Below are positions 13,600 to 26,301 of a stretch of DNA of 52,283 nucleotides, in pieces (position 1 is the stretch's first letter; each line of letters opens with the position of its first letter). Location: positions 1 through 52,283 of the forward strand of contig JAHBMJ010000259.1 of assembly GCA_018398765.1 (NCBI GenBank), written 5' to 3'. Source of the stretch: Chromera velia. Its lineage: Eukaryota. A program made the translations under genes and the position numbers. Under the pieces are notes generated by a model that saw only the letters and a list, made by a program, of their open reading frames with translations, was not told where the DNA came from and made no database searches.

Positions 13600-14142
13600 G
13601 CAAACCAATAAAGACACCCCGACCCTCCTCACTCCCGCCCTCCCCGGCCACGTATGGGCGATCGTCGAGAGAATTAAAGCTGTACAGGGAGGGCATCGAC
13701 TCCCTTCAACAGACTGTTCTCCTTCAGGACGGCGATGTTAATCACGACGGGGTCCTCTTTCTGGAAGAAGTCACGTGGGAGGACATAGTGGACCATGTGG
13801 TAGTGAGGGATGCATCCATCTGCTGGTTGACCTTCTCCACTAGGTTTTTTGCAACAACCCCTGCAAGCAAGTTGGAGTAGTCTGCTTGGAGTGATCTGGT
13901 GAATTCTTTGTAGACCATCTCGGCTATCCCTGCAGAGAACAGTTGATGTGCAGCGAAGTAGAAGTAACAGAGCGTCTTCCAAGAGATTCTTCTTCCGGCA
14001 GCATCTAAGAGGACTCCCACAACGATCGAGGTCCAGAATGTTGGTGCTCAGGTAGAGATCAACAGTGGCGGTGAAGATTGGTGGGCGATGGGGGCGGGGC
14101 CTTGAGTGCCTCCTCTCTGATCAGATCGCCAAACAGCTCCAT
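13600..14142 (-). pseudogene. Frameshifted coding-like remnant, product unknown
   Basis: Overlapping protein-like segments in three frames (MELFGDLIREE..., VGVLLDAAGRRISWKTLCYFYF..., HYVLPRDFFQKEDPVVINIAVL...). No recognisable family. Confidence 0.3.
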
Positions 14143-14373
14143 GATGGATGAAGGGGAGGTTGCATTAGCCTGCACCGACGTACCGATGCCGAGGAGGCAC
14201 GTGGAGATCCCAGAGACAATCTTCCTCCTCTCTCTCTTTCTTCTTCTCTGTTTCCCTGCGAACTTCTTCTCTGGCGATCCTTTTCTTCTTCCTCCGACAC
14301 TCTTGCTTCCTCTAATACCTGCTCTTCCATCCACGCTCCAGGGTCTTCCTTTCCCTCCCTGCACTAACACATT

Positions 14374-14478
14374 GATACGCAAGGACGCATCAATTTTTTT
14401 TCTCCATTTTTCACCCAGCACTGGGTGAAAAAATGGGTGAAAAATGGTGAAAAATTTCGATGCGTCCTTGCGTGCATC
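14374..14478. repeat. ~105-bp imperfect palindrome
   Basis: Outer arms ACGCAAGGACGCATC (14377-14391) / GATGCGTCCTTGCGT (14459-14473); inner arms CCATTTTTCACCCAG / CTGGGTGAAAAAATGG around a 2-nt loop at 14419-14420. Confidence 0.85.
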
Positions 14479-15226
14479 GAACAAGGCCTCCCTCGCGTGA
14501 GATCAGCCAGACATGTCCCTCCCGGCATTCTGGAGAGATGAGGGATCGATTATTAAAGCGTTTTTCTGCCCATCTCGAATCTTTTCCGAGAAGCGAGTCC
14601 AGTAGAGATGTATCGCACGCCGTTGTGCTTCTGTGGTTTTCATATGGAACTTTATATATATTATGTACGTAGCAATGATAGACGTAAGCATTTTTCAAAA
14701 AAGTGAGTATTATCTCAAGGGTCCGTTGATAACCTTTGTAGCACCTCTCCATCTAGTCCTCATACATAATTAAACTCCTCAAGCTCTTCTTATCTCTTCT
14801 TGTACACTTCTTAATATTTCTGTTCTTTGTACAGGTAAAGAACTGCTCAGCCTGCTTAATGTGGAGGTACCGGGACGGACCCGGGAAGGAAGGGCCTTTA
14901 TTCACCGGGGAGATTGAGGAGAAGGGGGATGAACGATACGCGTACAAGAAGTCTGGCCAGTATTGCTGACCCTTTTGTGCCAAAGACGCCGCTCTCCATC
15001 TTCAACGTTAATAGGAGAGAAAGATGATCGTCTTAAAGCAATCCGGGGATACTGATGGCTGTTTTTACTAAATAAAAAGGCACTAAAGGGCTACTGTACA
15101 TAGTGGTGTTGCTGGGAAACGGCCGGATAGGGTAGAGCACGGGAGTTAGCAGATGCGGGAGTGGCAAAATCAAGTTTGGCATCACTCATTTCTACAGTGC
15201 TGAATGTGGGATGAAGACGTGCAAGT

Positions 15227-15971
15227 TCAATCTGCAGATACGGTGGGAGGTACATCTAGGAGGTGCGTTTTCAGAAAGTCTTTGAGCTCCACGCTTGGCG
15301 ACGAGCTTGTAGTGGGGCAAGACTTTATATTATCGCCGGTCTCCAGATTTATTTCTGGCTCTTGCATTCTAACAGCAGCTGCGCAGTCCATGGAATCCTC
15401 TACTTCAGAAAAATCGAGGACTGCTAGGCATTCGTCAAGCAGCTGGACGTCTTGTCTCACCTTATGATGGTACTCAACGAGCAGGCGGTCCCCGGTACCC
15501 TGGAAGTTTGATGCTGGAATCCATTGCGGATTATCTGGACCTAATGGGTAGTCTTTCCATTGGACCTTATACTCGTTGCGCCTCTCATCGTAGTCAAGAA
15601 TTTTTTCGACCTCCCACTCTGCGTCATCAGAAGATTGGAAAGTCATTGAGTCAGGCTTTTCGCCTGTATTACGGATTTGAGATGGAAGGATGCTAGGGAA
15701 AGATGCCTTCAACTCTGAGGTATTGATGAAACAGATCGAGATCACTGCTTCCTTGGACCTTGTAATCAAAGCCCGAAGCCCAGCGCAATTCTTGAACGCT
15801 CATTTGTATGACTTGTTTCTTTGCTCGTTCTTTTTGCAGTCCTCGCGTTGCTTGATTAGCTTTCAGTTCTTCTTGACTCAGCGTAATGCTCCTTGGGATC
15901 TTATGTTCTTCATTCAGGATTCGCAATTCTGTATAAAAGTCATAATCAGATGAAAAATACGTATCGACCAT
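15227..15971 (-). pseudogene. Intronless chromodomain-containing gene, probably frameshifted
   Basis: EWEVEKILDYDERRNEYKVQWKDYPLGPDNPQWIPASNF is a typical chromodomain with aromatic-cage residues. The upstream ORF 15971-15693 is in a different frame. Confidence 0.65.
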
Positions 15972-16891
15972 AATAGATAGGAGTCAATATGATAGACTTG
16001 CTTTGTAATATAATCACGAAAAGACCGGAACGTTGCTAGTACGTGTGTATAAGAGGCGTTGATTAGTCATTCTTGGTGTGACTTAAAGAGCCGGACTAGG
16101 CTTTTGAGCTTATAGTGACTAAGTCGCTGAATAAGTCGAGAAGCAGCCGTTCTAGATGATCCAGTCACGTTTGCATAACCGCAGGCGGAAACGCTAGGAT
16201 GCAGATGATGTTAAAGCCCCACAGATAACATAAGTGGTACTGATCTAGTCTATGGTTTGGGTTTTTTAATGTACTGCCAATTTTAATGAGTGATAGACAT
16301 GCTAGGAACGGGTTTTCTAGAGCGTATAGAATGGGGCGGTTTACATTGATTAGACATACAATAGTTCCTGGGGACTACCAGCAGGCATACTAGTCAAACT
16401 TATTTTTTTTTTATTATAGAAGGCGGGATGCAGAAGCGATTAGCCATGCTGCACGATCCCGCATATTTGATGCCAAATGATGAAGATACTGGGCAACCTG
16501 CCGATCAAAGGCAAGCAGGTCAGCATTTTTTCCCCGTAAGAGAGACTCTAGAGTACCCTTTGTTTTAAAAACGCGGTGACCATCACTCGTTAGTTCTCAA
16601 AGGCCACAAAGTTGTGCTAGTATTGAAAGAGGTACAAACGTAGCAATATGAGATCGAAGTCGAGGCTTTCCAGAAGCTGCGCTAGGACTGTAGTTTGCAT
16701 ACGGACCTGCAGGCTGGACTCGGTGATGCACTCCAAGAGCCGCTCTTCTTGGAGAAAAACGGAGGGGAAGAGGCAACGGTGGACAACATTTGGAGCTTGA
16801 AGAGCCTAAACCCATCATCCGCCAACATTTACTAGTGTTTGGATACAGTGCAAAATGCTTGTGACTTGGAGGCCACGCTCTAGTGCCGTAC

Positions 16892-18440
16892 TGATTGATT
16901 GATTGATTGATTGATTGATTAATGCCAAACCCTAGGTGGAGTTAGAACTTCCGGGTGGCGCATACATGCATGCTAGACATGCATGGGTCTGTTCAATTAT
17001 ATTAGCTGCAAGCTAAGTGGACGATAGTTATTCGAACTTAATCTAATCAATCATTTACTACAATATGATAAGAAATCATAAAGAGGGGAGAGGGTTGAGA
17101 GTGCAAGAGCAATATGATGAACTTGCGAACCCCCAAATTAGAAAAGGAGGCGGATGCAAAGGGTGAGTCATAACGAGTGAAGCGGTCTAATTAAATTAAT
17201 GCCAACCACTGCAAAAAGCCTTGTTCGGTAGTCTATCGGGGGCAGACAGAGAGCCAATGAATAAAATCATCTACACACCGGTAGCAGGCTTCATAGGTGC
17301 ACAGCTTTCTATCAGAGCAACCAACAGGCAGCCCACCTTACCCGCCCATCGGGTTATATGTCAGCATACACAAAAAAGAAAAGATCGAGCCATTCATAAC
17401 CGACAGGGCAGAACGGGGAAGGGCAAAGACAGAAAAAACACTAGAGGATGACTTGCTGCACAGGAGGAAGACAAACATATGGCGGGAGGACGGGAAGTCG
17501 CGCTGCAGAGGGGTGAGTTTAACAAGGAGGGGAAAGTGAAAGGAAGATTCCCCATCATCCTCAAAAGCCTTCATGCATTCCTTTGCAACTGTCTGTCTCA
17601 CCTTGCAAGCCCTTGAAGAAAAGTTAGCCGGTGCCTTATGCCCTACGACCATTCTGCCTGCGTTGGGAAGACAGATCGGGCTTGACCCTCAGCGCGCGGA
17701 CAGAAATCAAATCAGCCCAACGAAGCAGCCTGTCTATAGACCTTGTGAATTGTTGGCAGCAGTTATTCTTCTAGGCATGCAACATGGCTGCAGGAATAGT
17801 GTGTGTTGTGATGGAAAGAGAATGCCACCAGTTAGCTACATGGGAGCAGAGAAAGGCTTTGCAGGGAAGAAGACCAAGGATGCAAAGAGAGGGCAGACGG
17901 AGGCTGCGAGCAGACAAATGACCACACCAACGGGCAAACCGAAGCTGCAAAGCATCAAGAGCGAGCAGGTCTGCATCTTCAAGGCAGTAGAGCGCTACGG
18001 AGGTCCAGCAGGCTCTAAAGACTGTTACCTGCGCGTTAATGCTGAGCGGGCCTATGCTTGCAATCAACCCAATTGCCCCTCCCAGAGCCTGCGAAGCAGA
18101 AGCAATACGGGACTCAATTGTCTTGTTCAACTACCCCCCTTCAAAGAAAACATACCCCAGATATTTGTATTCGGATGTCCATTCAACTTCCCTCCCACCA
18201 TACATGACTCTACCTGCAGACTGTCCCAGAGCTAAGGCAGACAGACGCAAGATTTTCCTTTTCTTTAAGTTCACAACTAGGTTCACAGTCAATCCCCATT
18301 CCTTGCAGTACCCTTCCAAGGCTGAGAGCTTCTTTTGCAGATTTGAGATGGAATAAGCAAGGAAACAGAAATCATCCGCATACCTCAGACTGCTTAAGAT
18401 ACAGTTGTTAAGAAGAACAGGTTCGGGCTCTCTCTCAGGC
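16892..18440 (-). mobile_element. 5'-truncated, decayed non-LTR retrotransposon (LINE) with (AATC)n 3' tail
   Basis: RT motifs LRYADDFCFLA..LQKKLSALEGYCKEWGLTVN..K.KIL and EYKYLG, followed by thumb-like TIESRIASASQA; degenerate C-terminal RACKV..ED.ES.FHF; in-frame stops; (TGAT)n tract at 16892-16920 at the element 3' end. Confidence 0.85.
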
Positions 18441-18943
18441 TCCTTGATGCTGCCCTCCCCCATTCTGCTGGCTGACCATCCTGCTCCCTCTGTTTCTCTG
18501 TCTACGGCCCCCTCGTTCTTACTAATTGAAGGAAAAGGTTCTAGTAAGTCTACCGAGGCATCATCTGGTAAGCTTTCATCTAGCATATCTAAGAGACTTA
18601 TTGAAGCCTCGATCACTTGCGTGCTAGCGGCTATAAACAACAGAAGGTGAAAAGGTACAACCAAATTGCTGGTTAGGCAGTGATGGCCCAGGAAGTTCGC
18701 GATAAGGGATCGGACACATATGCTCAAAAATACTTTATTTTTTATCTGTAAGATATTTTATACTACGTCTTAAGAGCATCAATCAAGTATTGCCTAAATT
18801 TATTATGCTTTTGCGGAGATGTGAATCCAGCTTTTAATCGATCCTATATTCCTAACGGATTCAGTATATCCTTACCCGAGTACCCACAAATTATTTTATC
18901 GATCATTCATAACATAGAGTCCCATTTTCTTCCCTCATCGAAT

Positions 18944-19452
18944 TACACAGTACGGTTAGGAGTTACCACCGGCCTTTTTTATCTAGTAGCGAGTTACCGT
19001 TAGTTTGGTAACCATGAGATGGTAACTGGCGGACTTAAAGACGTATACCACTAGTACTACTACCATGGTAGTTCAAGGAAAAACTCTGGTAAAAATAGTT
19101 GCTAGACCTATATTTTAAAGCTTGACCACTTATTAACTCATTAGCAGTTTCAAGCCCTGAAATGACTATACTCAAATAATTCATGCTATACATAGTTAGA
19201 GTTCAGTTATAAAATGATAAACATTGAATTTTACTAGAATGAACTTTTAATAAATGCTAAAAATACTATTTTTACTCGTCTAAATTGGTTTTATACGTTA
19301 AGTTTGACTCAAAATGTGGCTAAATCTGCCTGTTTTTAGCTACTACCACTACCATTGGAACAGTACTACCGTAGCCACAAAATTGGTAACTGGACGGCCT
19401 AGCGGCCGCCTAGTAACCGTCCTACTTTCATTACTCCTAACCGTACTGTGTA
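18944..19452. mobile_element. 509-bp non-autonomous TIR element (MITE), 20-bp TIRs, 8-bp TSD (hAT- or P-like)
   Basis: TIR TACACAGTACGGTTAGGAGT at 18944-18963 with its reverse complement at 19433-19452; TSD CATCGAAT at 18936-18943 and 19453-19460. Confidence 0.88.
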
Positions 19453-19460
19453 CATCGAAT

Positions 19461-20735
19461 CTCTTGCCTCAATCCAAAAGACCGCATGCAATCTTTCTGA
19501 AGTACGTCCACCCTAGACGTCCACCAAACGCATAAAATTCTCTGGAGTCAGGGGGTGGGTACCATTCTGACTTGGCTGTGTTTGGCCTAGGTGTTTGGCT
19601 GTCCTGCTTGACGGGGAACATGTACCAGCTGTGGTTGGCATCTACAAATACTACGATTCCGTACCGTGGCGGTTGAAGACGCCTCGCTTGACACTGTACT
19701 TCGATCTTCACAATGAGTTGTCTAATCACCTCTTCTTTAGATTTGGAGCCAGAGCGTATCTCAACGAATGTGAAAGTCTGAGCAAGTACGTTGTTCTCCT
19801 CTTCACGTGTCATACTACTTGTTTCTTGACTCTACTGACCATAGGCAGCTTCTGAGGTGCGCTGTCATGGAAGGACCATATAATTGGCAGGAGATGCCTT
19901 CGCTTCTTTTTTTACCTGCCTTGCGTCGGCCACCCGATAATGCAGAGTCAGGTAAGTTTGCGGCCCCACATCCCAGACTTTCCACGATTTCAAGTTAGAA
20001 AGAAGACTGGCACCTGCTTTCACTGTGCTGTGAACAGCCGGGTTCGAACCTGTCACGACAGTTGTTGAGAAGTCAGGCATTTTGTCAAGCGCCCATTCAA
20101 TGTCAACAATGAGTTGGTCCACTGCAACCTTGTCTAGCCTTGAGGCGCATACCAACGTCTCGTCAGCGATCTTCGCCTGCATGAAATCCCCAAAGAGCGC
20201 TTACGAAGGGGAACTCAAGACACCAGGAAGCGTTATACCTGCAAAAGGACAAAAATTTTGCACCAACTTTACACAGGCATACGCACACACCATACAAGAC
20301 ATAAAAAGGAGAAGGAACCCGCATTGTACATACCTGTGCTCAGCCTTACGCACTCGTCCATGCAAACATGTACCTGCTATGGATGTAGACACCTGTTTTT
20401 CACAGCCAGACGGACAGTGTGTCACCCGATGAACAACCAGCCCACCATGTACACACAGCACTCGCGTACTTCCATCTGGAGCTGGACACTGAATGCATGC
20501 TGTAAAAATTTTTGTTCGGTTAACGAGTCCAATCTCGATATACCATCTCACACAGCCAGCCACTCACACATACAACACTTGCGCACTTCCATCTGGCGAC
20601 GTTGAACGTATGTTGGAGAAAACGGGAAAGGCTTGCAGACACTCAAAGGTCGGCAAACCAAGACCAAGCCTCTTGACGTAAAAATATACGCTCTCACGGC
20701 TTGCATGCTCAGGCTACCTGACGGTTCCATCCATT
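19461..20735 (-). pseudogene. Intronless decayed gene with Cys/His-rich N-terminus, product unknown
   Basis: ORFs 20563-20201, 20182-19865 and 19813-19469 are all in one frame, separated by stops. Internal repeat PDGSAQVLYV / PDGSTRVLCVHG. The frame continues (GKRFDEGRKWDSML) once the MITE and one TSD copy are removed. Confidence 0.5.
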
Positions 20736-21255
20736 TCCATCCCACTACCGCATACCCGACCAATAGCCACACATAGCCCGCGTATGTCAATTTAAAGAGA
20801 TGGAGGTGCCGAATGTAGGATAGAGAATTTTTTGTGCGGAAAAAGAAAAAAACCGGGAATGGGAAGCCAGGTTGAGCCAGACGAGTCACACGTGACTCAG
20901 GCTATACGTAACCGAGGAAGTCTAGCAAAGGTGCCATTATAGCAAAGATAGCTATTAACGCTGCATGACTTTTGATACTTTATTTTTTATAGCTCATTTG
21001 GACTTCTTCGATCCACATCGACATGCCATCCCCCTCAGAAGAGTGCTAAGCTACTCGACGACAGATATCAAGATATAATTATAGTCAACCTACATGGAAA
21101 GCGGTTATTATATCATTTTTCTATACTTCTCCTACAGCTGCATACTTCAGCGTTAGATTACCTCCCGCGTGTCTATTATTTAAATTTTTATTTAAAGAAA
21201 CTTCTGTGGCCAGAATCTTCTTTTTGATATATATTACAAGAGAAAAAAAAAGAAA

Positions 21256-22203
21256 ATGAACGTCAAAAATGATTAGCAATAGCTTGCGGCCTATGCTTGG
21301 CTCTATAAAGAAGCTGGCTTCATATTTTTCACCTTCAGTCACGTCCAAATCCCGCTGGATCCTGAAACTGGACAAGAGAAGAGAAAAACGTTTTACCCAC
21401 CCTAAAAATGGTCCAAGATTACGCGCAAAAATATGGATGCGTATATTGATCTGGAAAAACATGAGGCTATCGCATTTTTTACGGGCGAGAAAAGTAATTT
21501 GACCATCTTTGATTTTGATTGTCGAGATGAATACAAAAGGGCCATTAGAGAACATCCTAAGCTGAAAAAGCACCTGACAGTCCAAACGTACCAGGGCTTT
21601 TATATATACTTTCGATATGATCAAAGAGTTCCAAACCGAAGTGAGGTACTGTCAGAGTATGAAAAGGTGGACACACGATGTGACGGAGGACTAGCGATTG
21701 CTCCACCAACAGTTGTTCATATTAATGGGCAACCTGACGTCTTTCACTATATGTTTGTTCCTGAAGCTATGCAGACATCTTTTGAGCAAGCCAAAGCTGT
21801 TTTGAGCGGTGGCCTTTTTCGAGAAGTTCCGTCATTTTTAATTGATGGCATCAGCACTTCTGGCAGCAGAAACTTTTTTAAGGCCGAAATAAAACTTAAA
21901 GTCGCATCGTGTCTGCATCCATTGGCAATAGAAGAAGCCGAAGGCATCCCCATCGTAAAACCTCTTTTATGTTCTCAACAGATGGATGACATTGCTAGGG
22001 AGATCGAACAGCTGTGTCATTGCCTTTCGGATGAGCGGGCAGAAAACTATCAGCAGTGGATCGATATCGGTCACACAATTAAGAATGAATTGGGAGAAGC
22101 TGGTCATCAGCTCTTCCACACGTTTTCTAAAAAGTGTGCAACAAAACATAATCCGTATGAGTGCGATGTCAAGTTTAATTCATTTCTCTTTCAAGCGAAC
22201 TGA
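21256..22203 (+). pseudogene. AEP primase-polymerase (Prim-Pol) + PriCT-2 domain gene, with nonsense codons in the N-terminus
   Basis: Prim-Pol motifs AIAFFTG..NLTIFDFD, TVQT.QGFYIYF, VDTRCDGGLAIAPPT; PriCT-2 AENYQQWIDIGHTIKN...LFHTFSK. The in-frame upstream part (AWLYKEAGFIFF...KTFYPP*KW) from ATG 21256 contains TAG, TAG and TAA. No helicase domain follows. Confidence 0.8.
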
Positions 22204-23121
22204 CTGTACTGACAATTGAAACTTTTATACTAGAAAGTGACTTTTAATTTTTTATATATCACACTAAATACTACATAAAAAACTAAGTCTTTAAAACACT
22301 TAGAATGATTCTATTTATTGTTTTTTACTTGTATAAAAGCATGAACAACTTTTAAAGATAAGCTTTAATGGGTGTGGTGTGTATGTGTTGGAAATTGTTG
22401 GACGTGAGTGAGGTGAAAGAGTTATAGTATGTTGATGTTGGAGAGTAAGTGAAGACTCTGCAGGCCGCTGCAGGCATGTGATAATGTGCAGTGTAATGCA
22501 TAAACAAGCTAACTTTTACTTCTAATAGAATACGCCGAATCCGCATACTGATGTAAGGAGGGAACACAGAGCGGGCAACCCCTATGAAACATAAGAATGA
22601 ATGTCCACAAACAGATCTGCCGATTTGACCTCCACATAAAGCAGTTCAGCCAAACACATGTTGAGCACTATGAACGTGCACGAGATAAAATTTAATGCTT
22701 AGCTTCTGAAAGCCTGATCGATCCACGGCCTCTAGCCAGAGCGTCTTGCCCACGACTGGCCATCATAGTGTTCTTACTTTTTCTGGGCGAGGCCCGGCAC
22801 TGGGTTTTAGTCCACCCAGGAGCCCTACCTCCAAATTCTCATGCAAACGGGAGCTGCGCCCCACTCCCAAAACTTTAGATCACCCGAGATTACTAGCCGC
22901 AATGCTTCCTCATGAAACCTAAGCACCGACAAACGGTCCTTTGAGAAAGGCTCAGTCTGACCTGCAGCATAGATATACAAAAATTCACAAAGTGGCTCAC
23001 CTTTTGGCCACCCAGAGCTGGCCCCCTCATCCAGAAAGCCTTTCCAGCTCCTCATTTAAAGCTTGTTAGAGCGCACGCATGGAAAAGATTCACCTAAAGA
23101 TTCACTGGAAGCTTTACTGGG

Positions 23122-24327
23122 TAGTGACCATGTTTGATTTGATTATCTTTGATTTGATTTGATTTAATTTGAGCTTTAACCTCAAATATTTGATATTTGA
23201 GGTAAGATTTGAGGTTAACCTCTTAAGGTTCCTCACTGAGTCACTGACTTACTGTCACTCTGATCATTTTTCTCATGATAATAGTTATCAGAACATTTCT
23301 AATGTGTGTTTCAAAAATTTAAAAAAATATATATAAAATTATAACTTATCAGTTCCGTAAAAAAAATATGCCTGTGTGGCAGTGTATATACACTAGTCAC
23401 TGAGACTCACTCTAGTACTAATAGAGATTAAGAAAATAAAATTGATAGATTTGAAATTGCATATAACTTTTTATTGATACGATAAAATTAGAGCACGTAC
23501 CAAAATTGAGGTGACAATCACTCAGCTTTATGGCACTTCCTTTTTTTCTTCTTCATGATCACTTTCTTCAATGTAAATCGAATCGATCGGTGGTGGGAGC
23601 TGCTGAGAGCTTTTTCTTTGGCTTTTCGGCTTTCCAGGAGTGGGTGCTCCTGGGCTTCTATTCGGTTGCGGAGAGATGACAACGGGGTGAGATGGAGAAC
23701 CGCGCACACGTTTGCTATTGCTGTTAGTGTTGGAACCGTCCTGTTTCTGGGCAGCTAAGCATCCAGAGTTAGTAAGTTCGGCTACCCTCTGTGCCGCGCT
23801 AGGGCCGACAACAAGCCCCTTGTGTTGGAGGTGAATATAGAGAGGTCGGTAGCCTTCCTCACCCGGAGTGATGACTTTCTCAGGAGGGGGAAGTTTCCCC
23901 CCAGCCTTCTCAGCATTTGCATCTGCGGCCGCCTCCTTTGGTTTCAAATTGGTCCTCCCGCCGGGCCCTGCAGGAGCGGCCCCCCTTCCAGCACTGTTAA
24001 CAGCCCCCCCATTGCCTTTTCCCTTACCTTTCTGGAACTGCTCCACATCGACAGGGAATGTGGTCGCAGCCTTTCGACGCTCGAGGCCAGGGGCATGCTG
24101 CAATCTCTCGTGGTTCACATCCAAAATGTCCCAGTCATACAGCATGTCTCCGGTGGCGAATCGGTCAAAAGCGGGGTACCTCACCCATAGATCCGTCCTG
24201 TAGGCGACAATCTGTTTCTCATGCACCTTCACCAACTTATCAGCCCAGTTTCATTCAGCCAACGGGAGGAGGCACATCAGATTGTTCTGAAACCCCAACC
24301 ACCGGATAGTTGTATGCGTCTGCAACA

Positions 24328-24369
<42 letters not shown>

Positions 24370-24723
24370 GACACACACACACACACATACACACATACAC
24401 AGACATACACACACACACACAGACACACATACACACCTGCATGAAGTAAAAGGGGGTGAAACGTCAATTTCAGTGCAGCTCAAAACGTTTTGTTTTTGAG
24501 AGCAAACCATCAAGATTTAGGTTTTTCCATTTGAATCAGCATGCGTGACGGATCGGTACTTGCAAAAGTTTTTTCGGGACCTTCATATTTGAGGTTGAAA
24601 GTCATATTGATCAAACATTTGATCGTATTTGATAGGTCTTTAAACACTAGGTCCTCCCTGACTAGATATTTGATTTGAGCTTAAGCCCTACCTCAAATCA
24701 AATCAAATCAAACATGGTCACTA
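23122..24723. mobile_element. 1.6-kb non-autonomous hAT-like element with internal captured coding exon
   Basis: 23-bp perfect TIRs TAGTGACCATGTTTGATTTGATT; 8-bp TSD TTACTGGG at 23114-23121 and 24724-24731; subterminal TTTGA / CCTCAAAT repeats. Confidence 0.9.
23528..24319 (-). pseudogene. Exon-like coding fragment inside the hAT-like element, product unknown
   Basis: (GT)n tract then TTGCAG acceptor (~24320), reading [53 protein letters not shown]... for ~260 codons with one internal TGA. No transposase motifs seen. Confidence 0.5.
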
Positions 24724-25786
24724 TTACTGGGGCAACTTTGTAGGCCCCTTTGCGTGGAGACGGGCCGTGCCGATCGTAATGGAAGATCGAAATGGCCCTG
24801 TCAGGGCAACCAATAGAGTGAATGTCATAAACTTAAGAGAAGGCAAAGAAACCAATCCTCTGGGCTTTCGATAAAGCCTACTTTTATCGCTGGAGAGCAA
24901 CTTCTGAGCAAGTCTGTGTGATGGGAGAGAGCCGGCACTCTCATCTGCGAGGGTCGTTTTCTGACTTGAAATATTCGACGGAAAGCCGATTTTGGGAGCC
25001 GATTTTAGATCGACCAACCATATGACGGCCCCGGAAGGCAAGCTACGCGTTGCGGGCCAGGGCCCAGCCGGGCGCCAAGGCTAAAAAGTACTTCCCGGCT
25101 GCGCGCTGACCCCCCAAAAAGTTTTTCTGATCTTTTGTTTTTTAAATATATGTAGTGCATATGGCCTAGGAATGAATGAATGAATAAGTTAAAAATCAAT
25201 GTTCTTTTCAAAGGTGAATGAAGAGCAGAGTCGAGAAGTTAATATTAAAGAGCAAAAACGAGATTATTTATAGCGATTCAAGTTGGGCGACGATTCCACA
25301 AAATATGCATAAATGAAACCACAGAGGGCCCTGGGACGGGAACGATCCTTGAAGAACATGCATACGACAGACACGTCACGAAAACATAACAACGAAACAT
25401 GCAGAGAAAATATGGAGCAGGCACCTGCAAGCACACCTCCGGAGAGATCTTCATTTGAGCAACAGACACAGAGCGAATAGGTGAATTAAGGAAGGACAGT
25501 ACATAAATATCTTTGACGATAGCAACCGATGTATACCATTCCCGTGCCTCTTGTTGCAGACAACGGCACCGGAATCTACCTTCTCTTCCGTGCTGCCCAC
25601 TTTCGTGTCAAAACTTCCCTCCCGTTCTTTCCTCCTCTCCCCTCTTTCACAATTAAGCAATCTCAAAGAGCCAGACCAACTATGATTGTTACCATTCATC
25701 TTGTACCCCATCCCACCCACCCCGTAGGAAAATTAAAGTTTTCCTGCACAACACCCGGCCCTTCACCTCATCCTGATGAAGCTAGA

Positions 25787-25823
<37 letters not shown>

Positions 25824-26301
25824 CATCGACGGAAGGAAGCCCTCGATCCTTCCTTCTTCCTTCCTTACTTACTTCCTTACTTCTTTCCTCCCTTCCCTCC
25901 TTTTCCATTCACCCTCCTAAGCGAAACTCCAGTCATTCACGCATTCATTGACTCACTCACTTATTCACGGACTCCCTCGATCGCTCTCTACCTAGATCGA
26001 TTCGATGGATTCATGGATGGATGGATAGCATACAGGCAGGGACTTCCTTTCCTCACACATGCAGGTACGTTCATGCATGTCGCATGCAAAGCACTGAATT
26101 ATTCCCTTTCCGTCAGCTCCAGTTGCTCTCTCTCTTCTTTGCATTGGTCCCTTGACCCCTTTCCATTCTTCCTTCACCCTCCAACTCCCATCCTCACCCT
26201 CCATACATACAGAGGAAGACTCATGCATGCAGAGACAAAGAAAGAAAAATTCATTCACGAGAACCCAGGACCATGCGGCGTTCGACCGATCACTCCCCCC
26301 C

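Noticed and set aside
14900..14983. WPDFLYAYRSSP resembling the end of a retroviral integrase core next to a chromodomain
   Set aside because: It lies downstream of the chromodomain (wrong order for a chromovirus), and no DDE or HHCC motifs or LTRs were found.
21256..21410. In-frame TAA/TAG codons suggesting stop-to-Gln codon reassignment
   Set aside because: Intact genes here contain no in-frame TAA/TAG and ABC1K ends in TAG; the stops are confined to decayed regions.
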